Origin: a virus
Strand: one strand, 5' to 3'
Virus record (IMG/VR): IMGVR_UViG_3300017971_000228
Coordinates: 34,107-98,106 of that record
DNA length: 64,000 bases
Below, in pieces: positions 9,821-20,453 of the stretch; the first letter of the stretch is position 1; every line of letters begins with the position of its first letter. The notes below the pieces were generated by a model, which saw nothing but the letters and a program-made list of their open reading frames with translations, was not told where the DNA came from and ran no database searches. Both the position numbers and the translations under genes were made by a program.

Positions 9821-12469
9821 ATGGCGTCACGAAGTGTCATTATCATTGAGGCTCAGGATCTGGCAACCCAGAAGCTGTCATCTGTTGAACGACAGATGGG
9901 GCGAATGGGTGGTGTGCTGGTTGGCATGTCCCAGGAAATCGGCCATCTCAACCTGCGGAACCAACAGAACAATGAAGAGCTAGACCAGACCCCACCCAAG
10001 CTCAACCTGTTCAGCCAGGCCGTGGGAGGGCTAGTCAAGAATCTCGTCTCCCTCGGTTCTGCCTATGCCAGCATCAAGGGACTTCGGATCGTTCACGATT
10101 TGGCACTACAGGGCGCCCAGGCTGAGATGACTGAGGCATCCTTCTCTCGGATGCTGGCCAGCGTGGGGGCCTCACCCGAAGTCCTGAACCGAATGAAGGC
10201 TGCGGCCGGGGGCACCATTCCGGAAATGAAGCTCATGCAGGCGTTGAACACGTCACTGATCGGGGTCAGTGACGAGTTCGGCAACGCCATGGCCAGAGCC
10301 TACCCGCAGCTCATCCAGATGGCACGTGCGGCCAACATTGCTAACCCGGCGCTGGGCACGACCGACTTCATGCTCCAATCACTGGCCATCGGTCTAAAGC
10401 GAAACTCCATCAAGATCATCGACAACCTGGGCATTCAGGTCAAGCTGACCGAGGCGAACCAACGCGCGGCGGAGATGTACGGCAAGTCTACGAAGGCGCT
10501 GACTGAAGAAGAGAAGGCGATGGGGTTGCTGAACCTCACGCTGGAACGGGGGATGCGTCTCGTCGATCAGGTGGGCCTGTCAAACGACAATGCAGTAGTC
10601 AAGCAGCAGGTGCTGACGACGGCCGTGGCGGACACGAAGATCGAACTGGGCAAGTCGATAACAGCCATCCTGAGCTACCAAGGTGTGCTTGCCGGTGCAG
10701 TGACGATTCTCGGGGAATATGCCAGCAGGAGCAATGAGGCCAGAGATGCTGGTGTGTTGTTCCAAACTGCTCTCAATGAAGCAGCGGGGTCTGGAGAAGG
10801 CCTCCATCTTCAGGCTCGCATACTTGAGCTGCGCCTACGCAACCTACAGAACTCCTTCAAGAATGGATACATCACCGCCAACGAATTCAACACCCAACTG
10901 GTGGAAATGGCTACGGCGGCGGGTATCGACACGGAAGCCATCCGTAGACTGGACCCGGCGGTTCAGAGGCTATTGCAGGGTCTTGGAAGCATTGAATTCA
11001 AGGGCTTCACCGGCGGTGCGGAATTGGCAGAAGGTGCCTTCGATACAATAGGGGCAGCGACGGACGCTTTCAACGCAAAGTTGGCTGCACTGCTGGAGAA
11101 CGAACAGGTCACGGGCGACCAGGCACTGAGACTGTCAGCGATTGTCCAGACACTGGCAGACAGCTTCGAGCCGGGTACGGTCAACACGGCTAAACTCGTC
11201 GAGCGAATCGCGGAGTTGACCGGCACGCTGCCGGACCTTCAGGACAATGCAGTAGAAGCCGCAAAGGACATTCTCAAGACCGATAGCGCAATGAGCGCAG
11301 CAGCGAAGGGATTCAGTTCTGCGGCACCAGGGTTTGACGATATCCAGCGTGGCTACCGGGGAATTGCCGCTGAAGCCAAGGCGGCGGCTGAAGAAGCAGA
11401 AAAGGCCACGGCGAAGATCGTCGATCCTATCACTAGCCAAGCGGGCAAGATCGCAGCGGAATATGCCGACATCGTCCCGATGCGAACTTTGCAGGCACGC
11501 TACGCTCGGGTAGAAGAGTGGGCGAAGCAGAACGCCGAACGCCTAGCGGGAATGAGCGAATGGCAGCGGGACGTAGAAGTCCAGACCTTCCTGGACGGGC
11601 TGTTCGCCAAGGAACAGGGGCTGAGGGACAGCCTGGAACGCCAGACCCAACTGCAAGAAGAGGCGGCGCGGGTTCGGGAACAGGCCAACCAGAAGATGCT
11701 GTCGGACATCCAGGGGCTGATGAAGCCGACGGTGGACGAATCCATCTGGAAGGATGCGCTACCCCGAGAAGATACGTGGGATGAATGGGCCAGACGGGCA
11801 GCTACCGTAGCGGCTGAGGGGTGGGGGTCCGAATGGCTAGATGATATGCAGGCTCTGGATCCCGACTTCCAGGCACTGCTCGAAGAGATGGGGGATCCGA
11901 AGGCGGCAGCCGCGGTATGGATCGACCAGTTCTACAAAGGGATGCATCCCGAAGCGGTAGATGTGGACAAAGTCGCCCAGGACTACATCGACATGATCAA
12001 GGCGTCGGAACGGTGGGCTGAGATTGCCAATGTCGTGGCTGACAAGGTACGCGCGGCGGGATATGACCCTTCTGAGGAAGCCATAGCAGCACTGGCTCAG
12101 GGGGACAAGATCACGGCCATGGACCTCATCGAAGAAAACTTCGAGGATAACATCAAGACGACGGGTACGAGCGCCGGCACGGCACTGAGTGAGACCTTCG
12201 GGGAGGAAGTCACCACGCCTTCCTACATCAGCGACATGCTGACGGCGTTGAACGAACAGTTTGACGAACAGCAGGATGAGTGGGATGCGCTGGGGCTGAG
12301 GATGGGGGAAACGCTGAGTACTGGAGTGCTGAAGGCTCTGACTTCCAGCGGGTTCATGGCGGGGCTGGTCAGCCGGCTGGCACCGGAGATTCTACGCTAC
12401 ATCGGCGAAACGGGATGGGGGCGATGCGTGGTGCAGCAGCAACAGGCGGGGGGGAGGCCGGGGCTGTAG
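9821..12469 (+). CDS. Tail tape measure protein
   Basis: 882 aa, Ala-rich and helical; IIIEAQD.AT N-terminus; IIDNLGI motif. Confidence 0.9.
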   Translation: MASRSVIIIEAQDLATQKLSSVERQMGRMGGVLVGMSQEIGHLNLRNQQNNEELDQTPPKLNLFSQAVGGLVKNLVSLGSAYASIKGLRIVHDLALQGAQAEMTEASFSRMLASVGASPEVLNRMKAAAGGTIPEMKLMQALNTSLIGVSDEFGNAMARAYPQLIQMARAANIANPALGTTDFMLQSLAIGLKRNSIKIIDNLGIQVKLTEANQRAAEMYGKSTKALTEEEKAMGLLNLTLERGMRLVDQVGLSNDNAVVKQQVLTTAVADTKIELGKSITAILSYQGVLAGAVTILGEYASRSNEARDAGVLFQTALNEAAGSGEGLHLQARILELRLRNLQNSFKNGYITANEFNTQLVEMATAAGIDTEAIRRLDPAVQRLLQGLGSIEFKGFTGGAELAEGAFDTIGAATDAFNAKLAALLENEQVTGDQALRLSAIVQTLADSFEPGTVNTAKLVERIAELTGTLPDLQDNAVEAAKDILKTDSAMSAAAKGFSSAAPGFDDIQRGYRGIAAEAKAAAEEAEKATAKIVDPITSQAGKIAAEYADIVPMRTLQARYARVEEWAKQNAERLAGMSEWQRDVEVQTFLDGLFAKEQGLRDSLERQTQLQEEAARVREQANQKMLSDIQGLMKPTVDESIWKDALPREDTWDEWARRAATVAAEGWGSEWLDDMQALDPDFQALLEEMGDPKAAAAVWIDQFYKGMHPEAVDVDKVAQDYIDMIKASERWAEIANVVADKVRAAGYDPSEEAIAALAQGDKITAMDLIEENFEDNIKTTGTSAGTALSETFGEEVTTPSYISDMLTALNEQFDEQQDEWDALGLRMGETLSTGVLKALTSSGFMAGLVSRLAPEILRYIGETGWGRCVVQQQQAGGRPGL

Positions 12470-12835
12470 ATGGCTAGTGCATGTGCAACCTATCTGGGCA
12501 TCGCGGGGGCTTCAGCCCTGCTGCCCGACCCGGTAGTGTGCAACCGGGAGTTGCTGAGGATCGGCACCTACCGTCGGATGGCGGATTCGACGCTGCGCTA
12601 TGACTACTCCGGCAGTGGCCTGCGCTGGCAGCTGGGGTGGCAGCTACTGGATGGGACGAACAAGGCGACGCTACAGGCGGAAGCAGAACGGACGGCGAGC
12701 ATGCTCTTCAGCCCGCCGACGGCGGGCACCTGCTGGAACGTGCTGGTGATGAATTACGCTGAAGAGGCCGTCCCCATGGCGGGGGGAACGGTGCGCTGGA
12801 ATGCGACCCTCACAGTGGAAACGGTAGACGACTGA
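12470..12835 (+). CDS. Distal tail-like protein
   Basis: Directly follows the tape measure gene; RRMADSTLRYD motif. Confidence 0.55.
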   Translation: MASACATYLGIAGASALLPDPVVCNRELLRIGTYRRMADSTLRYDYSGSGLRWQLGWQLLDGTNKATLQAEAERTASMLFSPPTAGTCWNVLVMNYAEEAVPMAGGTVRWNATLTVETVDD

Positions 12836-14382
12836 TGGCGCAGAGCATCGCCGGCACGAGTCTGTGCGCCAACGCCATATCACACAACCGCAAGGTGCTA
12901 TGCCAGGTGGACGTGGCCTGGGGGCAGACCTGGGCTACCCTGTCAGCCTCGGACTGGGTAGACGAAAGCGCCCACGTCCTGGCGGTAGACGGCAATATGT
13001 CGCTGGCGGAACCGGGGGTGGGACTCACCCGAACGGGCGCAGCGGACGTCAACACGGCTCGGGTGACGCTGCGGAACTACGACAACCGTTACAGCCCCTG
13101 GAACACGAACAGCGCCATCTATGCCTCCACCTGTGGCGGGCAGCTCTTCATGACGCCTATCTCTGTCTGCGTCGGATTTGACGCCGCCGGCACACCGGAG
13201 ATGCTGCACCAGTTCGCTGGCGTCATCGCGCGACCCACAGAAGAAACCATCTCCAAGACGGCGACATGGGAATGCAAGGACCGAAGCTGGACCTTTCGGT
13301 CCACGAAATATGCCACCAGCGTCTGTACGGACATCACGCCTGACGCCTATCTGGGAGCACTGTGTACCCAGGCCAGCATTGCAGCAGCGGATCGGACCTT
13401 TGATGAGGGATCGCTGAGCTTTCCCTACGCCTGGATGGATGAAGAGAACATCGCCGCAGAGATGCAGGACGTGGCCCAGGCGGATGGGGGGATGCTGTAC
13501 TTCAACAAGTCCGGCAGCCTGATCTATGAGAACATCAATCACTGGCTATCGGATACTGACTGCATTGACACGGCGGGAACCTTCGACTTCACGGTAAGCG
13601 ACTTCCAGGAATTGCAGCCGGAGTTCACGCACAATGAAGTCTACTCAGGTGTCATTGTCGAACAGAACGTGCGAGAGCGGGGGGCCATCCATACCGTCTA
13701 TTCGCGGACGGACCCCATCTACATCGAGCCTGCGGGAACCCAGACCATCAAGTGCCGGCTGAACAAGCCCATATTATCATTGGAGACACCGGAAGAGGAT
13801 ACGGACTATCTGATCATGACGGGGGGCGGGCGCAAGGTGTCGGGGAGCGTAAGCATCACGTCCACTTCCTACGCCCAGCAGGTAGACGTGACCTTTACGA
13901 ACTCTTCCAGCGCCTACGGCATGTATATCACGCGATTCGAGTTGCGGGGGGAGGCGCTGTGGGGTGGCCCCGTGGCGGAGAGCAAGGAAGAATCGACCGG
14001 GGGCTACATCGAGGAAGAGAAGCTGCTGGAACTGAGGGGCAATTCCTACATCCAGCGGCAAGCCCAGGCGGACATGCTGGCCAAGTTCCTGCGGGATCGG
14101 ACGGAACGGCCTCGGGAGATCTACCACCTGTCGGGGGTGCCGGGCATTCCCTGGCTGGAACTGACGGACCGTATCTCCATCACCGAGGCGGACTCGGGTA
14201 TCACGGCCTGCGCCCACATCTTCGGGCTGGGGTGGCGATTCATCGGCGGTGCGGGGGCGCTCTATGAGCAGGACATCACGGCGGTGAACGCTGCGAACCT
14301 ATTCCCCTATGATAGCGCAAGTTACTTTGTGATCGGTTCCTGCGAAATGAGCGGTAGCGACAGTGCAATCCTGGCGTATTAG
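12835..14382 (+). CDS. Tail tip/hub protein
   Basis: TLRNYDNRYSP.N, G.LYFN..G, PWLEL.DRI patterns; position. Confidence 0.65.
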   Translation: MAQSIAGTSLCANAISHNRKVLCQVDVAWGQTWATLSASDWVDESAHVLAVDGNMSLAEPGVGLTRTGAADVNTARVTLRNYDNRYSPWNTNSAIYASTCGGQLFMTPISVCVGFDAAGTPEMLHQFAGVIARPTEETISKTATWECKDRSWTFRSTKYATSVCTDITPDAYLGALCTQASIAAADRTFDEGSLSFPYAWMDEENIAAEMQDVAQADGGMLYFNKSGSLIYENINHWLSDTDCIDTAGTFDFTVSDFQELQPEFTHNEVYSGVIVEQNVRERGAIHTVYSRTDPIYIEPAGTQTIKCRLNKPILSLETPEEDTDYLIMTGGGRKVSGSVSITSTSYAQQVDVTFTNSSSAYGMYITRFELRGEALWGGPVAESKEESTGGYIEEEKLLELRGNSYIQRQAQADMLAKFLRDRTERPREIYHLSGVPGIPWLELTDRISITEADSGITACAHIFGLGWRFIGGAGALYEQDITAVNAANLFPYDSASYFVIGSCEMSGSDSAILAY

Positions 14383-14393
14383 GGGAGACGGGC

Positions 14394-15821
14394 ATGCTTG
14401 AGTGGGAGGATCCGCCCTCATTCTCGTCATCACAATCCAGCGGCGTTAACGTGGTACTGAGTGCCACGAAGCTGCGGATGTTGAACAAGGACGTGGACTT
14501 CCTGCAGGGCAGGGCCGACGGGCCTCACACCGTCTTTGCGGGGACGTATTGCCAAGCGACGCCCTCATCTAGCGGGACGATCTGGGAAGGGTGGATTCGG
14601 CACAAGAAGGACGCCCTGCGTTACGGTGCTTTCGTTGCGGGTTCTTCTTCGGCCAGCATCCAGATTGAGGGGGATGAGGATGCCTGGGAGACGCTGGCGA
14701 CCTGTGACTTTGGGGAAGCGACGGGGGCCTGGGTGGAGATCGGGGCCAGTACGGACATCTCTTCAGCCTGCATCACCTCGGGGTGCTGGTATCGTATGCG
14801 GGTGGGGTTGAACGGTGCCGGGGGGTCCATCCATCTGGCGATGCTGGAAGAGACCTGCCCGATTCAGGGATGGGTAGCACCACCTACTTTCTCGGCATGT
14901 ACGGAAGATCTGGCTGCCAGTCTGAACACACTCCGCGATGACCTGAATGCGCTGAAGGCCAATAGTGATGCGCCTTTCGGGGCCTTCGGCGGCATGACTA
15001 CGCCCATTGAAGATTCCACCGCTTCGGACGTATGGTACAAGGACGACTCCTACAACAACGCACCGCACTATGACAACTGCTACTTTGGTGGGGGGTTCTA
15101 CTATCCCGCTTGGTCAGCGGGCAGTGCCTTTGTGAAGTATGTCTACAAAGTCGGCTCTGGCAGCCTCTCGGGCAGCATTTACGCTGATGCGGGGGCGGGG
15201 CTGTCAGGCGATGCAGAGGGCACCTTCTCCTGTTCTGAAGGGGATACATACGAAGGGAGGGTGAACATCACCGGCGTAGCGGATACGGCGGGGTGTCTGT
15301 GCCGTCTGAGGATGCGAATTGAGGCAGACCCATCAGCCTGTGGGGCAGATCAGTTCAACCTTCTGTACCTGAGTGTGTACGCTGATGAGACGGATTCCAT
15401 CGCGGGCTGTTCGTTGCGCCACTGGGAAAGCGGGTGTCACATCGACTTCGCCGACCTGAACATGACGGGCAGCCGGATGGATCTGCTGGACGGGGCGGGG
15501 AAGCTGGCCTACTGGCGCAATGCAGCCATCAAGCGGATAGGTATCACGACCCCCAACGAAAATGAGGGATTTCGCATTGGTCTTCACCGGCGACGGGGGT
15601 TCCCTATCCTTCACTACTACAGCAACAGTGGTCATGAGAACCCCCACCTCAAGTTCCCCGATCCATCAGAGAATGACTGGCATACCCAGAAGCTGGACAC
15701 GGTATTGGATACTTGGCACACGATAGATCTGGACCAGGTGCGGGGGTTGTACGAGGGCATGTACTACAATGCTGATGAGGTTGAAGTAGCGCAGGAGTGG
15801 GATGAGGGCCTGAATGCCTAA
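14394..15821 (+). CDS. Minor tail protein (Cys-rich)
   Basis: Position; repeated W..PP.F...A..LN.L..D motifs. Confidence 0.55.
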   Translation: MLEWEDPPSFSSSQSSGVNVVLSATKLRMLNKDVDFLQGRADGPHTVFAGTYCQATPSSSGTIWEGWIRHKKDALRYGAFVAGSSSASIQIEGDEDAWETLATCDFGEATGAWVEIGASTDISSACITSGCWYRMRVGLNGAGGSIHLAMLEETCPIQGWVAPPTFSACTEDLAASLNTLRDDLNALKANSDAPFGAFGGMTTPIEDSTASDVWYKDDSYNNAPHYDNCYFGGGFYYPAWSAGSAFVKYVYKVGSGSLSGSIYADAGAGLSGDAEGTFSCSEGDTYEGRVNITGVADTAGCLCRLRMRIEADPSACGADQFNLLYLSVYADETDSIAGCSLRHWESGCHIDFADLNMTGSRMDLLDGAGKLAYWRNAAIKRIGITTPNENEGFRIGLHRRRGFPILHYYSNSGHENPHLKFPDPSENDWHTQKLDTVLDTWHTIDLDQVRGLYEGMYYNADEVEVAQEWDEGLNA

Positions 15822-16275
15822 GAAGGACACCACTCGCTGGATTGACCTTCCCTACCTGAGTGAGCGTGATGCGATTGACCTGATCCGTCGTAGTACGGAC
15901 AGTAGCGAGGCTGCAGTAGCGGCCAATTACACGCGGCAGGTGCTGTTCTACGTTCCCGGTGCTGCGGTTACGGGGACCAGTGTATCGGGGGAACCGGTAT
16001 GGCGCGGTGAGGATGGGATACCGCAACGGATTGACGCAAGGGCAAAGGGAACGCCGACAGGGGCGGCACTGCAGTATACCGTCAAGGCGGGGGGAACAAC
16101 CGTCGGAACCGTCACCATTGCGGATGGAGCCACAGCGGGAACGACAAGCACCATGTCGGTGAACTCCATTGATCCCAACACGGCGATTACACTGGACTGC
16201 GATCAGGTAGGGTCTACCACGTCGGGTTCGGACGTGACCGTGACGCTGGAATGTCTGGTGGCGACAGAAAGCTAG
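15814..16275 (+). CDS. Minor tail / fibre-associated protein
   Basis: Thr/Gly-rich beta domain, TLDCDQVGST..GSDVTV. Confidence 0.55.
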   Translation: MPKKDTTRWIDLPYLSERDAIDLIRRSTDSSEAAVAANYTRQVLFYVPGAAVTGTSVSGEPVWRGEDGIPQRIDARAKGTPTGAALQYTVKAGGTTVGTVTIADGATAGTTSTMSVNSIDPNTAITLDCDQVGSTTSGSDVTVTLECLVATES

Positions 16276-16284
16276 GTAGAGCGA

Positions 16285-17028
16285 ATGGCAACGACGTGCG
16301 TTATTTCATCATGTACCTATACCTACCTTTCCATCGCTGCAGGATGTCCGGGAGCGGGTTATGGTTCCTATGATGAAGCGTCCTCACCAGCCTTTTTCTC
16401 AGCAGCGAAGCCGACGACATACAAGATCGGTCAGATGGTATATGACAACGGGGCACAGCTTATCTACTACATCAACCGTTCATATCTGAGCTTTGATACG
16501 TCGGTCATTCCAGGAGCAATTCTGGGGGCTTCGCTTTGGCTCACCGGGGCAGCAGATTATGCACTCAGTGGTCCCTACTGTACCGGGACGTGTGGTGAAG
16601 ACTTTGACGTAGAAGTATACCGCTTTGACTTTACACTAGACGCCAATGGTGACCTCGCTCCTGATGATGCCACAGGTTCAGCCAACTGGTATGGTGCCTT
16701 CGGGGATGCTGCCAGCCACGTAGGTACGCTATCATCCACATCTGCTGATTACTGGGAGTACGCTGCATCTTCCCTCTCGAACTTTGGTATGGAAATCCCA
16801 GCTTCCATGATTGACACAGCAGGATGTACGAGATTCACATTGGTTTCATCACGAGATATCAGTGCAACTGATCCTGGCATCTCAGCGAGCGATCTGAATG
16901 CCTATGACTGGTGGTGGGGGGCTGTATGGGCTGCGGGTATGCACCCCACGAGCTATGGGGGAAGTGACGGTTGGCCACGTCTAGCAGTTACCTATGCTGC
17001 AAGTGGAGGCTATGCCTGGATATTCTGA
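16285..17028 (+). CDS. Putative receptor-binding/tail accessory protein (DNRLRE-like jelly roll)
   Basis: RSYLSFDTS.IPG.I..A.L and terminal P.L.VTY motifs; visibly more AT-rich than its neighbours. Confidence 0.55.
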   Translation: MATTCVISSCTYTYLSIAAGCPGAGYGSYDEASSPAFFSAAKPTTYKIGQMVYDNGAQLIYYINRSYLSFDTSVIPGAILGASLWLTGAADYALSGPYCTGTCGEDFDVEVYRFDFTLDANGDLAPDDATGSANWYGAFGDAASHVGTLSSTSADYWEYAASSLSNFGMEIPASMIDTAGCTRFTLVSSRDISATDPGISASDLNAYDWWWGAVWAAGMHPTSYGGSDGWPRLAVTYAASGGYAWIF

Positions 17029-17040
17029 GAAGGAGACTCT

Positions 17041-18120
17041 ATGGGAGTATGGGGCGATACCCAGATGGCCATGCTGCACGAACTGGGACCCAAGGTGCAA
17101 GACAATGAGATGTCCTGGAACGATGCAGCAGAGATCATCAGCAAGACGGGGGAACGCCGGAGCGCACAGGGATGCAGGAACCGATGGAAGCGAGAGAGAT
17201 TACAGCCTAGAAAAGAACAGACGCCGGAAGCTGTACCGATAGAGTTAACGGATCCCAGCGTAGACTGGGACGAGTGGATCACGCACCTTATCAAACGACA
17301 GGAGATGGTGGAGGAAGCTGACCCCATCTTCACGTACGGCCGGACCCGCATCGACACGGACAAGCCGATCATTTACCAAGCTGTGGGCGACATCCACATG
17401 GGTTCGCGCTACGTGGAGTACAAGGAGTTCCGTGCAACCGTCCACCGGATGCTGGATACGCCCAGGGTCTACTGGGGCATGCACGGTGAGGACGTGGAGG
17501 GGTTCAATACCAGCTTCAAGGACGCTTCAGGTGTCCTGAACCAGCTGGTACAGCCGAAGATCCAGCGGGCTTTGGACCAACGGCTGCTGACGATGCTTCA
17601 CGAGAAGGGACGGCTGCTGTACGGGTGCGCCGGCACGCCCGGACACGGTGTCATCAAGATCATTGGCCAGGACTTAGTACAGGACTTGTACCAGGGACTG
17701 CATGTCTGGTACTTCGTGGGCAAGGCCATCTTCGTCCTGGAGGTGGGGGAGCAGCAATACGTGTTCATGGTGGGGCATCGACTTCCCGGAACCAGCATCT
17801 ATAACCCCAACCACGCCCAGATCCGTGCGCTGCTCTACGACTGTCCGGTAGCGGACTTCATCGTCTCGGGCCACACGCATGCCTATGGCTACCAGGAGTA
17901 TATGCATCACGAGTTGGCCTACCGTGCGGGGGTGATGCCGACCAACCGAACCCATCTCGTGAACGTCGGTACGGCGAAGACGGGGCCGGACCCCTACACC
18001 ATGAGCAATTGGCGGCAAGGGGTGATGGAGTACCCAATGTTTTCGCTTCATCCCACACGCCATGAAATCAAAAGGGTCTATGGATGGGATGACATGGACC
18101 ATTATCTGGGACTGAACTAA
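17041..18120 (+). CDS. Calcineurin-like metallophosphoesterase with a small N-terminal HTH-like domain
   Basis: GDIHMG, GED and GHTH motifs. Confidence 0.75.
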   Translation: MGVWGDTQMAMLHELGPKVQDNEMSWNDAAEIISKTGERRSAQGCRNRWKRERLQPRKEQTPEAVPIELTDPSVDWDEWITHLIKRQEMVEEADPIFTYGRTRIDTDKPIIYQAVGDIHMGSRYVEYKEFRATVHRMLDTPRVYWGMHGEDVEGFNTSFKDASGVLNQLVQPKIQRALDQRLLTMLHEKGRLLYGCAGTPGHGVIKIIGQDLVQDLYQGLHVWYFVGKAIFVLEVGEQQYVFMVGHRLPGTSIYNPNHAQIRALLYDCPVADFIVSGHTHAYGYQEYMHHELAYRAGVMPTNRTHLVNVGTAKTGPDPYTMSNWRQGVMEYPMFSLHPTRHEIKRVYGWDDMDHYLGLN

Positions 18121-18131
18121 CGGGAGTTCTG

Positions 18132-18419
18132 ATGGCGGATAGACTAGAAGTCGACAGCCAATGGGTTGTCGCAACACTGAATACCATCTGCACCCAGGTC
18201 GCTGTGTTACCAAGCATAGAACAGCACCTGGCCAGACAGAACGACTCGATTGCGAAGATGCAGCAGAGAGCGCAGTTACGGGAAGACAGGTTGCGTGAAC
18301 TGGAGCGACAGGCGCAAGCTAAGACGGCGCGGTGGAAGAGCTACTGCGCCTCTGGCATCAAGATCCTGGAAGCCCTGATCATTGCGTTCCTGCTGACCAA
18401 AGTTCTTGGAATGAGCTAG
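18132..18419 (+). CDS. Coiled-coil membrane-anchored lysis-region protein
   Basis: Coiled coil plus C-terminal hydrophobic segment, directly upstream of the endolysin. Confidence 0.55.
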   Translation: MADRLEVDSQWVVATLNTICTQVAVLPSIEQHLARQNDSIAKMQQRAQLREDRLRELERQAQAKTARWKSYCASGIKILEALIIAFLLTKVLGMS

Positions 18420-18442
18420 AGCATAGCAGGAGGGAATAGAAT

Positions 18443-19939
18443 ATGGGAAGCAAGCTGGGGATCCACGTCAACGTTCCGGAAGATGAGAATCGGTACGTTG
18501 AGTTCTGCCGGGTAGCCAAACCTGCGGCTGTTCTACATCTGGACTTGGGCAACACGTCATTTCCAAGGCGAGTGAAGGAAGTTTCGCCCAACACGCTCAT
18601 CATCGGGCGGAAGTGGTTCGCGTCGCAACCGCTAGACAATCCAGAATCCCGAGCGGACCGTGCCGTTGGGGCAATGCTGGATTCAAGCTGTGGGCGTGAA
18701 GGGCTGATAGACGTCTGGGTAGTCTATAACGAGATTGGCCCCCACATCACCCATGACTACATGCGCTTTGACATGCGAGCCATGCAGCGACTTCATGAAG
18801 CCAATCAGAAGGGGGCTGTTGGTAACTGGAGCGTCGGAACCCCCGACATCTATGACTGGTACTCGGGGTGGTTCCACGAGACGCTACGAGTTGCTGATTA
18901 CCTTGCCATTCACGAGTACTGTGCCCCTGCGATGGATAGTCCCAGGGGGCTAGATGCTGCCAATCCAGGTGAGGGGTGGTTTACGTTGCGCTACCGCAAG
19001 ATGATGAGGGCCCTGCGGGAACAGAACCTGGGATTTTCAATCCCGCCACTGCTCATTACAGAGTGCGGCATTGATTCCGGCGCTGCTCATTGGGACCCTG
19101 GAGCGCAAGGGGGGTGGCGTTCCTTCGCTTCGCCGCAGGAGTACCTGCGCCAGCTGAAGTGGTACGATTCCTACTTGCAGGGTGACGACTACGTAGCCGG
19201 AGCCGCCACCATCTTCTGCTGTGGGACGCACGACCCCACCTGGGACAGCTTCGACGTTCAGGGCGAGATGCTGGATCTGCTGCAGAACTACTTGGTGGAA
19301 GAGCAACAGGGCGACGACATTATCATTCCGCATCCCGACTGGCTGATGGACTTGCGCCACATACTCCCCAGGCACGTCACCAAGACCTACAGTCGGCGCA
19401 GCCTGGCCAACGTCACCCAAGTCGTCATCCACCATTCTGCCGTCGCCCCAACCGTGGGGCCCTGGCAGATAGCGGAGTATCACGTCGGTGTCAAGGACTG
19501 GCCTGGGCATGGCTATCATGCTGACATCGCCATGGACGGACGCGTGTGGCAGTGCCAGGATTGGGAGACTTGGTCCTACCATGCTGGCGCCGTCAACCCA
19601 ACGTCCATCGGCATCTGCTTGCTGGGCAACTTCATGGGTGGTAGTGAACCTACGGACGCACAGATCGAGACCGCCCGCAAGCTCATCAGCCACCTGGAAC
19701 AAGTGGTAGGGCATGACCTGGAAGTCGTGGGGCATCGGGAAGTCATGGACAACCGCGATTGCCCTGGCGACTCATTCCTTGGTGGGTGGAAGCAGCGGTT
19801 GTTGGATGGGGTGGAACCTGAGCCCGACTGGGAGGAGATGTACCACGCAGTTCAAGAGCGGTACGAAGCAGAAGTCGCAGAGAGTGGCAGATTATCAACC
19901 TTGTTGGCAGATATCGAAGAGTTGGCGAAAGAGAGGTAG
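18443..19939 (+). CDS. Endolysin: glycoside-hydrolase-like TIM barrel plus N-acetylmuramoyl-L-alanine amidase (Amidase_2)
   Basis: YNE, HEY and ITECG in the N-domain; VIHHSA, GYH, SYHAG..N..SIGIC, GHRE...CPG in the amidase. Confidence 0.85.
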   Translation: MGSKLGIHVNVPEDENRYVEFCRVAKPAAVLHLDLGNTSFPRRVKEVSPNTLIIGRKWFASQPLDNPESRADRAVGAMLDSSCGREGLIDVWVVYNEIGPHITHDYMRFDMRAMQRLHEANQKGAVGNWSVGTPDIYDWYSGWFHETLRVADYLAIHEYCAPAMDSPRGLDAANPGEGWFTLRYRKMMRALREQNLGFSIPPLLITECGIDSGAAHWDPGAQGGWRSFASPQEYLRQLKWYDSYLQGDDYVAGAATIFCCGTHDPTWDSFDVQGEMLDLLQNYLVEEQQGDDIIIPHPDWLMDLRHILPRHVTKTYSRRSLANVTQVVIHHSAVAPTVGPWQIAEYHVGVKDWPGHGYHADIAMDGRVWQCQDWETWSYHAGAVNPTSIGICLLGNFMGGSEPTDAQIETARKLISHLEQVVGHDLEVVGHREVMDNRDCPGDSFLGGWKQRLLDGVEPEPDWEEMYHAVQERYEAEVAESGRLSTLLADIEELAKER

Positions 19940-19945
19940 CTTAGA

Positions 19946-20284
19946 ATGGATCTATTGCAGGCGTTCGCACAGGATCCGAGGGTTCGCACACTAGGGGGGC
20001 TGATTGTCCTGGATGTGGTGCTGGGCATTGCGGCCGCCCTCAGAACAGGTGAGTTTGACTGGCAGGAAGTGGGGCGGTTCTACACGTCCATGGTGCTTCC
20101 CATGATCCTGGGGTTCGCAGCGGTGTGGTTCGTGACCCCCTATCTGGTAGCGGACCTTCTCGGGCAGTACAGTGAAGTTCTGGGCCAGGCATTGGTGCTC
20201 TTGGCCTGGGGTACGTTAGTGGCACAGTTGGTGGCTTCTATCTTAGCTCACGTCAAGGAACTATGGGGCGCGGTTCCCGAGTGA
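19946..20284 (+). CDS. Holin
   Basis: Three hydrophobic segments; LDVVLGIAAAL..GEF motif; follows the endolysin. Confidence 0.75.
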   Translation: MDLLQAFAQDPRVRTLGGLIVLDVVLGIAAALRTGEFDWQEVGRFYTSMVLPMILGFAAVWFVTPYLVADLLGQYSEVLGQALVLLAWGTLVAQLVASILAHVKELWGAVPE

Positions 20285-20431
20285 GCTAGTTTCTCCCTTC
20301 TTGGCGGGAACGCATCGGAAACCCAGGTAAGGGTCAACTCCTTCGCCCGGAGAGTCCTGCTATTCGGTGCGTTCCCGTTCCCCTGGACTTTTGGAATCTA
20401 AAAGTATGTCCTATGTGTATGAAGAGATCTT

Positions 20432-20453
20432 GAGCCGTCCTTCGGGGCGGTTC
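20432..20453. terminator. cUUCGg-capped hairpin between the convergent lysis and integrase genes
   Basis: GAGCCGTCC-TTCG-GGGCGGTTC. Confidence 0.55.

Noticed and set aside
14394-17028. Diversity-generating retroelement target
   Set aside because: No reverse transcriptase or template/variable repeat pair is seen in the window.
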